DNA from: Antedon mediterranea | Taxonomy: Eukaryota > Animalia > Echinodermata | Direction: 5' to 3' | Assembly: GCF_964355755.1 (NCBI RefSeq) | Contig: NC_092679.1 | Span: 13,933,432-13,997,431, forward strand | Length of the DNA stretch: 64,000 nt | Shown here: positions 40,780-52,040 of the stretch, piece after piece | How the letters are laid out: every line of letters starts with the position of its first letter | How positions within the stretch are numbered: position 1 is the first letter of the stretch | The notes under the pieces: model-generated | The model's database searches: none | Told to the model about the DNA's origin: nothing | Seen by the model: the letters and a program-made list of their open reading frames with translations, nothing else | Translations under genes and position numbers: made by a program

Positions 40780-43700
40780 TAGCTCTGCTAACTTTTCTGG
40801 CTGGTTACTTTATCGTTTTGATTTAGCTTTTCGCTTTTTATTTTTGTATCTCCATTGAGATCTAGCCACTGTTACCAACAGCATTGTCATTTTTTTCAGT
40901 AATTTGCCTTTGGATTTATATATTTTCTCATTCTCACAGATTTCCTCATCTTTATCGTTTCAAATTAATTAATTAAATTTTAGTATATCATCAGGCGGTT
41001 TAGAATTAATGTTCTTTGCCTGTTGTGTTTATATATATAAAAGTATCTCTTCGGAGATCCCGCCTCGTGAATAAAAATACTGAAAGATGAGGGCGTATCA
41101 ATTTGATCTCTGTTGCGCGTGCGTACAACTGAGGACTAGTGCTGTTCCGCCGTACCACGCCGAGAATGTTAAAGAGTCTTTATCCAATCGAGTTCGAACA
41201 ATACCATGAAAGCCCCAGTGGTCTAATGGTTAGGACATCTGCATATCAAGCAGGCGGTCCGAGTTCGAGTCTCGGTTGGGGCGACTTTTCTCATTCTCAC
41301 AGATTTCCTCATCTTTATCGTTTCAAATTAATTAATTAAATTTCAGTATATCATCGGGCGGTTTAGAATTAATGTTCTTTGCCTGTTGTGTTTATATATA
41401 TAAAAGTATCTCTTTGGAGATCCCGCCTCGTGAATAAAAATACTGAAAGATGAGGGCGTATCAATTTGATCTCTGTTGCGCGTGCGTACAACTGAGGACT
41501 AGTGCTGTTCCGCCGTACCACGCCGAGAATGTTAAAGAGTCGCTATCCAATCGAGTTCGAACAATACCATGAAAGCCCCAGTGGTCTAATGGTTAGGACA
41601 TCTGCATATCAAGCAGGCGGTCCGAGTTCGAGTCTCGGTTGGGGCGACTTTTTCTCATTCTCACAGATTTCCTTATCTTTATCGTTTCAAATTAATTAAT
41701 TAAATTTCAGTATATCATCGGGCGGTTTAGAATTAATGTTCCTTGCCTGTTGTGTTTATATATATAAAAGTATCTCTTCGGAGATCCCGCCTCGTGAATA
41801 AAAATACTGAAAGATGAGGGCGTATCAATTTGATCTCTGTTGCGCGTGCGTACAACTGAGGACTAGTGCTGTTCCGCCGTACCACGCAGAGAATGTTAAA
41901 GAGTCGCTATCCAATCGAGTTCGAACAATACCATGAAAGCCCCAGTGGTCTAATGGTTAGGACATCTGCATATCAAGCAGGCGGTCCGAGTTCGAGTCTC
42001 GGTTGGGGCGACTTTTTCTCATTCTCACAGATTTCCTCATCTTTATCGTTTCAAATTAATTAATTAAATTTCAGTATATCATCGGGCGGTTTAGAATTAA
42101 TGTTCTTTGCCTGTTGTGTTTATATATATAAAAGTATCTCTTCGGAGATCCTACCTCGTGAATAAAAATACTGAAAGATGAGGGCGTATCAATTTGATCT
42201 CTGTTGCGCGTGCGTACAACTGAAGACTAGTGCTGTTCCGCCGTCCCACGCCGAGAATTTTAAAGAGTCGCTATCCAATCGAGTTCGAACAATTCCATGA
42301 AAGCCCCAGTGGTCTAATGGTTAGGACATCTGCATATCCAGCAGGCGGTCCGAGTTCGAGTCTCGGTTGGGGGCGACTTTTTCTCTTTCTCACACATTTC
42401 CTCATCTTTATCGTTTCAAATTAATTAATTAAATTTCAGTATATCATCGGGCGGTTTAGAATTAATGTTCTTTGCCTGTTGTGTTTTTATATATAAAAGT
42501 ATCTCTTCGGAGATCCCGCCTCGTGAATAAAAATACTGAAAGATGAGGGCGTATCAATTTGATCTCTGTTGCGCGTGCGTACAACTGAGGACTAGTGCTG
42601 TTCCGCCGTACCACGCCGAGAATGTTAAAGAGTCGCTATCCAATCGAGTTCGAACAATACCATGAAAGCCCCAGTGGTCTAATGGTTAGGACATCTGCAT
42701 ATCAAGCAGGCGGTCCGAGTTCGAGTCTCGGTTGGGGCGACTTTTTCTCATTCTCACAGATTTCCTCATCTTTATCGTTTCAAATTAATTAATTAAATTT
42801 CAGTATATCATTGGGCGGTTTAGAATTAATGTTCTTTGCCTGTTCAGTCGAGCAGCAAAGTGCTCATTTAACCGTTAAAACGCTGTTTTTTAACTGCGCA
42901 GGTCACTGAGCATCGCCAAGTTATAGTGACTTCCGGTTCGCTTTTCACTTCGCGGCAAGCATTTTGCATGGGAATACCCTTACAAATCTGCTGCAATTTC
43001 CACCATCCGGGTTAAATTATATCTTTCTATATTTGGAAATTGTTACTCCAAATATGGAAGATTATTCCCGCCACAAAATTTTGGTATAAATAGCCCAGGA
43101 AATGACGACAGAGCTTATTGAAGAAAAAAGTGCAGATGGAGGTGTTCGTTGAGGTAGGCTACATGATTTATTTGTTTGGTTTCGTAGGGAATCCGGCACT
43201 TTTCTCATCAGCACGGAACCTTTATAAAAACTTAGTGGTTGGTTATTAGGTTATTAATCTATCTTTTCTGAAAGTTTAAGCTTGGTTCAGCTTGTGGGAC
43301 GGATTCAATATCCGTTCAAAGCTGGGGATATATTCTAAGCAGACTCCATCTTGGATTCGTATGTTTAGTACAGGCCGTGTGGTTGAGTAATTTCAATACT
43401 TCAAAATCACTATGTGCAATCCGTTTTTAAACCAGTTAATATACCAAAATATGTTATTAGTAGCTTTATTATTTTGGATTTGGTGCTAGTTTGGTAAATA
43501 TTGCAATATAATTGTAGATTATTTGGTTGTAAAAAAATGTACCCAACTTGTAGTATTATCTAGGCCTAGGCTAGGCCTAGCCCATTTGACGGAAACCCAG
43601 TGCTATTTGTAGGCGGATAGAGAGGGCCGCAGGCTAGTTTTTAGTGGCATATCGCCGACTTATTATAATCAATGTGAAGCCATATTATTATTATGTTTAA

Positions 43701-46700
43701 AATGTTGAATCTATATCCACTGGATTATGGATATATATCGTCGGATATTTAAAGAAAGGCCTAGGCCTAGACCTTTTGATTTATTTAATTAATTTAGGAC
43801 TATATTACGGGAAATTCTTTGCCAAAGAAAAGAAAATACGTTGTGGCTGTTGGAGGTTTGTAAATATATGACAATAATGTAGCCTAGGCTAGGAAGGACT
43901 GTAGGTAGGATGAGGTAATTTGGATGGTCGTACATATGATATTTATATATACAGTATTGTGTATAGTAGTGATCATGGCGACAAAATTTAGGATGACTAA
44001 ATTTGACATTAAAATTATTTAACTATGAATAGCTCATTATATTGGTGTTTTTTTTTTCTTTCAGGTTTCTAAGAATAAACTATCCGACTTGTGATTCATC
44101 TTGTGCTGCAAAAACAATCCTATTTTGATATTTGTAAATTGATGTACGTAACAGATGTCTTTTAAAAATAAAAAAAAATTAAAAATTTTTATTATCGCGA
44201 TGATTTAACTCAAATATTGACATATAACTTGATATTTTAGCCTGAGCAAGATAGTTTGATAGGCATATTTTACTTCGATGTAAATAAGATATTACATGTT
44301 ATACTGTATGTAAAATACTTTTTTGTAAATAAAATTATTTAATGGTGGTTAATTTATTAACTTGTTAATTTGTTTGTTAGTTATGATGTTATACTATTAA
44401 TTATTTAGTTATTTAGTAACCAAAGTGGAGTGGATTCGTGGCAGTTGCAACTTGACTGTAATATGCAAATATATAATAATATTTACTTCTTCTTGGATAA
44501 AGTTAAACCAAAATAAGCAATAATAAAAATTAAATATTTATTTTGCCATAAAGAAAGCAAAAACTAAACATACAGTACTATATGTACAGTAATACCATGG
44601 ACCTATAGGTCCATGGTAATACATACTGTAGTATTGAGCACCAGTAGCAGAGACGTCTGGACAATCGAATATAATCGTTATCAGCTGTCTGGGTACCCAA
44701 GGCTAGTGCTAGAAAATGGCGAAAATTCGTGTATTCATTCGCCGTCAGCGAAATGAATCCGGCACTTTTCTCATCAGAAGCAAATCAACAAATCCTTTTA
44801 TCAGTTTGTTTTGATATATAATCTGGATAATATATATTAAAATGGCCTTGGTTCAAGCATGTTTAACAGGTAAAATCAGATTTTTTCCTACCTAGGCCCC
44901 TTAGCACTGCGGTACCCTACGCCGTGTGGGGGAACCGATCTCGGCAGTATTTCTTAAGTAGCCTATCTTTCGTAAAATCCTTAGTTGAATTTTATTAATA
45001 TAAATTTAATTGTATGAATATGCTATTTAAATGTTATTGAAATTTTTTTTTGCTGCATTTTGTAATTCCGCACTACTTGCTTTATCGCGATTCCAAGATG
45101 GCGGCAATTCAAATTTTGATTTGGTAATAATTCGCGAGGTCAACCACTTTGCTGCCCGACTGTGTTGTGTTTATATATATAAAAGTATCTCTTCGGAGAT
45201 CCCACCTCGTGAATAAAAATACTGAAAGATGAGGGCGTATCAATTTGATCTCTGTTGCGCGTGCGTACAACTGAGGACTAGTGCTGTTCCGCCGTACCAC
45301 GCAGAGAATGTTAAAGAGTCGCTATCCAATCGAGTTCGAACAATACCATGAAAGCCCCAGTGGTCTAATGGTTAGGACATCTGCATATCAAGCAGGCGGT
45401 CCGAGTTCGAGTCTCGGTTGGGGCGACTTTTCTCATTCTCACAGATTTCCTCATCTTTATCGTTTCAAATTAATTAATTAAATTTCAGTATATCATCGGG
45501 CGGTTTAGAATTAATGTTCTTTGCCTGTTGTGTTTATATATATAAAAGTATCTCTTCGGAGATCCCACCTCGTGAATAAAAATACTGAAAGATGAGGGCG
45601 TATCAATTTGATCTCTGTTGCGCGTGCGTACAACTGAGGACTAGTGCTGTTCCGCCGTACCACGCCGAGAATTTTAAAGAGTCGCTATCCAATCGAGTTC
45701 GAACAATACCATGAAAGCCCCAGTGGTCTAATGGTTAGGACATCTGCATATCCAGCAGGCGGTCCGAGTTCGAGTCTCGGTTGGGGCGACTTTTTCTCAT
45801 TCTCACACATTTTCTCATCTTTATCGTTTCAAATTAATTAATTAAATTTCAGTATATCATCGGGCGGTTTAGAATTAATGTTCTTTGCCTGTTGTGTTTA
45901 TATATATAAAAGTATCTCTTCGGAGATCCCGCCTCGTGAATAAAAATACTGAAAGATGAGGGCGTATCAATTTGATCTCTGTTGCGCGTGCGTACAACTG
46001 AGGACTAGTGCTGTTCCGCCGTACCACGCCGAGAATGTTAAAGAGTCGCTATCCAATCGAGTTCGAACAATACCATGAAAGCCCAAGTGGTCTAATGGTT
46101 AGGACATCTGCATATCAAGCAGGCGGTCCGAGTTCGAGTCTCGGTTGGGGCGACTTTTTCTCATTCTCACAGATTTCCTCATCTTTATCGTTTCAAAATA
46201 ATTAATTAAATTTCAGTATATTATCATCGGGCGGTTTAGAATTAATGTTCTTTGCCTGTTGTGTTAAATAGTGTAGTTGAATAATTTCTTCAAGCTAGTT
46301 GCGTGGTGCATCGGATGAAGCATTGTCTTGTGATGGAGTGACAATTCATCGCGGTTCAAGTCTCACTAGATGACTTTTGTTTATTTATCGCCAAGCGCGA
46401 GTGTTGCCACACGAAAATTACACAGTCAATATCATCGTACTCGAGAATTTGCTGGATTTTATATGTTTGTTTGTTTGTTATGACAAAGATAATTACGCGA
46501 AAATTATTCAGTCAATATCATCGTACTCGAGGATTTATACGATTTACGATCTTCGCAGCGGTAGTCATGTGATGCAGTTTCAACCAATCACGTTCACGTA
46601 TTTACATAGGCTATGTAATATAAAGAGATAAAACGGAACACATCAAAACTCTAAATGATCTTGATACCTCAATAACAAGAAAGTTATCAAACTTGTTTTT

Positions 46701-49700
46701 GCATCTACCACCCCCTGTCCGCTTAGCTTTACGAAGGTTATAACACTTGACCTACTTATTTTGTTCAAAATATTTTAGCAGAAATCGATGACCTTTGACT
46801 TACTCTAGTATTTGCTATCCTATTTCCGCAAACTTGTTTGCTACGCCCTCTACGCCGAATAAGTAGCTAGCTTTTACGAACGTTATAACACTTGATCTAC
46901 TTAAGTGTAATATTGTAACAAAAATTAAAAACTTACAAATATGCTAATTTGCTGTTGTTTGCAAAAGTAAAAGGTTCAATGATATTTATATCATTAGATG
47001 ACAGGTATCTGAAAAAAAAAATCATCATTAGTTTTTAGAATAAATATCTCAAATTATAAAAGTTGTTAAATAAGAGTGTGGTAGTCGTGGTAGTGACAGG
47101 TGGTACCATAGTAGCAGCAGCGGCGGCAGTAGGAGCAGCAGTAGTACAACAGACTGACTAGAACGATCGTCAACGTGTATTTTCAGCAGTACATTATTTA
47201 TCTTATTCATTCGTGTTATAAAGAAAAAATCACTTAGAGACGCTATGAAATAACAACTGATGATCATCTAAATCTAAATAGCAGCAGCGGCGGGAGTAGG
47301 AGCAGCAGCAGAAACAGTACAACAAAGTGACTAGAACGATCGTCAACGTGTATTTTCAGTAACTAAACATGCAGTACATTCTTTATCTTATTCATTCGTG
47401 TTGAAAAGAAAAATCACTTAGAGACGCTATGAAATAACAACTGATGATCATCTATATCAAATCAAATATTCTTTTTCATTATCATCGTTATCATCAAAAT
47501 ATAAAGAATATAAAGAAAGATCAGATAAAGTAAAACATGTCTATGAAGAAATAAAAACGGAAACACATCGAAATTCTAAATGATCCTGATACCCCAATAA
47601 CAAGAAATTATTCAAGCTGTTGCCGATTACGGTTATAGAAACTGATTGCTGCGCATAATTATTATATAACCTAAATTTGCATTTAGAAATTAACAATACT
47701 TATAGTAATCAAATATCGGATATAAATGCTCCCATAAAATTGCTAGTGTAATGCTAATAAATTATGAAACAAGCAATAATTTAAATGATTTTGTTATCGT
47801 TAAGTTTTGTCACTAAAATGATAGACTATTAACTGCTTTTGTTGAATATGTTTCTGAAACATGGCTAAAACTATAAAGACATTTTACTCAGTCGGTGAAA
47901 CAGCAATGTCTTTTCAGGTTTAAGTGTGTCATGCAGGAATTGCTGGACCTTTCCATTCTTTGACTATAATAGTATTAAAGTTGCTCGGATACGTGCATTA
48001 CCAAAACCGTATAATCATCAAATAAACACATGTTTCGTCATCAAGGGTGATTTCAACCGAATGAAAAATAAAGCGTTTTCCTCTAAAAGCAAATAATTAC
48101 TGTTTTGTAATAACTGTATATAATTATATTATAACAATGTAATTGGTGGTTTCATTTAGGAACAAATAAACAGAACAAAACGCAATGACCAATTTGGATG
48201 CACCAAGATGTATACACTGCTGATGCATTTGTATCACTCTTACATACAGCAGCAGCAATGGCAGCAAAAAACAACAGAAGAAACAGAAGTTGCAGAATCG
48301 GCAAGAGAAGCATCGGCAGCAGCAGAAAAAGTTTTGAAGGTAACAATTGAACTTACAAGTTAGTTATCACGGTGGATCCTTGAAATGTGGTATTTCTCAG
48401 TATAGTTATTTTGTTGTTGGTCAGGCTTCTATTATGAAAACAAAAATTATGTAACTACTTAGAATACTTTATTAAATGCGATTGTATAATAGTAACTTCG
48501 TTTTATCATTTTCTATGCTTTATTCATTGACTGTGAAATCTTCATTAATACGTTTTATTGTTGTTATTGTTTTAAACCGCAGTGCCGTCCAGTTGTAATA
48601 ATAGTGAGACATTGCATCGCGACGGTAAACGAAAAGAGACGGTAATTTAATATATAGAGTCTGGTGCTAAATGCCTTCGAAACAAAAGCAACAACGGTTA
48701 GCCTCCTCTAGGCTTAGGCCCCTGATTCTATGCATGCAAGCTCGGTTGAGCAGGTTCTGCGTTAGTCAGGCTAGGTATTCGATTAGCAAATTTCACAATA
48801 TGAACTAAAAAACACATAATCAAAAACGTTTTTTTTAAATAAATCTAGAAGAATCAAAATGAATTTACATCCTACACATACTATATATACACATATGATG
48901 TTTTTGTTATGAAAATAAACAACTTGTGCCTATCATGTATACATTTGCTTTGCTTATGGTTTAACAGTTTCAGAAAGACGTCAACTGTTCTTCGTCTGGT
49001 TGAATTGTAAGACCGATTTTTAGATCGGCTAAATACAATGAACGGAATGTATGCCACCTACTTTCGTTAATTTACCGTCTCGAAGCAAAAGCTCACTACT
49101 AAAAGTTAGTTCTACACACGTAAAAGAAGTAACATTTTCAAATTATATTGTCAACTTACAAAATATGAAGAATTGGAAGATCATTAAAAACTGTTGATAT
49201 GTCTGTCAGCAAATTTTTGTCTGCATGTCTGAAATGTTTAGATAAATTAAAATTATTATTTATAACTAATATAACTCAATGCATTACATAGTGTATCTTG
49301 TAATGTATGCGTATCATTGCTATAGAGTTCTGCGTTGCTGACGTCACGACGGTAGGTGGCGCTGCGTGGACGGTAGGTGGCGCTGCGTGGTTGAAAGCCA
49401 AATAAAAAATGCGTGACTCCAAGGTCACCAATGGTTTGGAATAGGCTTATTGAAGTAGTCATTTTAAAACTTAATAATTTTCAATAAAAACAAACTAAAA
49501 TTTCAAAAGATCACTAAATATTTGTAATAATAATAACAATAATCTATTTATTCTTCAACTACAGTTTAAGTCTAAAAAAGTCAAGCTAAGATACATAATT
49601 TGATAGAAATACAGATATCTATAGTTTATCAACATAGTAGCGTTGAACGCATTTTTTGTTGCGCTTGCAACCACGCAGAGCCATCTATCGTTGTGACGTC

Positions 49701-52006
49701 ACACCGCAGAACTCTATTACCTGCTTGCAAATCACACTTAATAATTTGGAATCTGGATGGATTAGAATAAACGTTCACATCCTAAAACAGAGAGTAGGCC
49801 TAATAGTAATGGGGAATATTTAACTCAAAGTGTTGCAACACAATACGAGTATTATTTCAAAAGAAATAGAAAAGAAGGTTTTGCAGGCCTGTGGTGTAAC
49901 TATTGTATTTGAATGAGCATTGTAAAACGGACATAACTTCAACTAAATTGATATAATATGACAGTGATCATATTGATTAAACTAATTAGTAACAATAAAA
50001 GTTTAATAAACATAACAGACTTACATATTACCAATTGTCTTCGGCAAGCTTGGTAATTTACTAAGTAAATTGTTATTAACATTTCTGTCAACAATAAAGA
50101 TATAAATAAACAAAATTTAATGAAGATCAATGCAATGCAACATCTTTATAGCAATACTTTAATTTAATTACGTCTTAACATGACAAAGTTATTTTCACCA
50201 ATACAATTATGTCGCTTTTTATATCGTTGCAATATAAGATGGTGATTCGCTATCATATAATTCTTCGGGAATGTTAAACCTCAAATTGGCTTAATATACA
50301 TTATACACGCATATGTTGTGTGAAGACCGGCTTGCGATTTTTTTTTTCGTACATAAATTGGGGACCCCCTCATGAAACGTCACAAAATAAACATGAATAA
50401 TTCATCAGTTAAATGTTCTTGTTCCGTGTACACCCAAGCGTATAGCAACAAGAAGTGATTACACAAGTGCGGTACGATTATAGGCCTATCTCCGCGCTGT
50501 TGTTGCGGCGTGCGATTTCATAGAAGAATAGCGGCGTTTTGTGTGGATTGTCGAAATAATCAGCCTTTAGTTTATGATAGTGTTTTTAATATAATTTATT
50601 ACTAAAGAATTACGTGTTAAAATTATAGTTTCTATTAATACTATTAGGCCTAGGCCTAATTATTAGTCTCTAAACATATGTCTATTCTAGTAGAGCTGTG
50701 TGTGTGTGTGTGTGTGTTATAGGTATGACACAATCCGAGTAATAAGTCAGCAAAATTAAACAATAAACATTACACAAAAATACAGTTTTTATTCTCGTGG
50801 GTCTAATCTTCCCATCTCATGTGTTCATATACGCGCATTTTTAAAGTTCCTTTGAGTACATGCATTGTTTGATAATAAAATAGCAGAATTTAAAAAAATA
50901 CAGTACACAAATTATACACATTCTTTATTCTTGTGGGTCTAAGCTTTCTTTGGGCTATGTCCAATGAATTACTACTTAGTTTAATGTCTTGCCTAGCTGT
51001 CGATTAGCCTCGACTCGACACATTTTGTGTGAAGAAGAGTGCGCGAAGGCAATCGCGTGAATTGACTTAGAATCCTAGGCCTACTGTAGAAAGTATCGTA
51101 TCGCAGTTGTGTAATCGCTTCTTGTTGCTATACGCTTGGGTGCACACGGAACAATTACATTTAACTGATGAATTATTCATGTTTATTTTGTGACGTTTCA
51201 TGAGGGGGTCCCCAACTTATGTACGAAAAAAAAAATCGCGACCGGCTTACTCTGTATGGATCATACATAGCATGAGTTGTTAGCTTAAGGCTAGTCTATA
51301 GCCATAGAACAAGGCCATATAAATGGCTGCAGTCGCGTGCTCAAGTTAGTGTTTACCGACCAACCGACCGACATAGTGAGCTGTAGAGTCGCGTTGCATG
51401 CGACCAAAAAGATGTCTTTTCTAATTGTTGTGAAATATGAGATTTTGGTATTATATTTGAAAAAAATTTTATATTATACTACCTATCCATAAACAAATCA
51501 GGAAAAAAAATTATTTAATGTATAAGTGAATAACTTTATCATAAGTACAAATTGGCCTATTTAAAATGTGATGTCATTCATCGGCATTTTGTTCATGTTT
51601 GGAGAACAATACATGTTCAAAGTGTATTCAAGTACACAAAGCAATTTAATACGTACGTTAGAGATACCTCCATGGTTAGAGAAGCTTGATAAGCTTGTTT
51701 TAGCGCGATTTGAAGATAAGGTTAATACAATAATAGGCCTAAATTAAAACTACAGTATTATTACGAGAAATAGGTATAAATATAAATACAAATAAAATAG
51801 TTAGTGAAATTGTTCAGATAACTATACAGAAATAAAATATAAAATATCTTATAACAGTTACAACGTAATGTAATATTTCTAATGATCCATAATAATATAG
51901 TACAGATTGTTATCAACAATTAAAGCCATCCTTACAGTAAATGTATGTATAAGTAAATCAAAAGAGGCAGTTAATTATAAAAGTTGAAATAATTGTCAGA
52001 AGAAAT

Positions 52007-52040
<34 letters not shown>

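Larger units (their letters stand above)
40923..46265 (+). repeat. Tandem array of 8 full ~364-bp units plus a partial unit, each with a tRNA-like gene; split by a 2.3-kb transposon
   Basis: Near-identical units with period 363-365 bp at 40923-42844 and 45163-46265. Confidence 0.95.

Noticed and set aside
40960-41140. Hammerhead ribozyme in the 364-bp unit (CTGAGGA on plus; CTGATGA..GAAA on minus in the first partial unit)
   Set aside because: I could not form stems I-III around either core, and most units have CCGATGA. An Infernal search would settle it.
40923-46265. CRISPR-like array or repeated 65-aa protein gene
   Set aside because: Units are fully repeated with no unique spacers, the context is eukaryotic, and the ORFs start at GTG and run through the tRNA.
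49721-49781. Candidate exon with a good acceptor and a GTAAT donor
   Set aside because: 61 bp, gives an immediate stop in the required phase, has no LRR pattern, and the donor abuts a MITE end.
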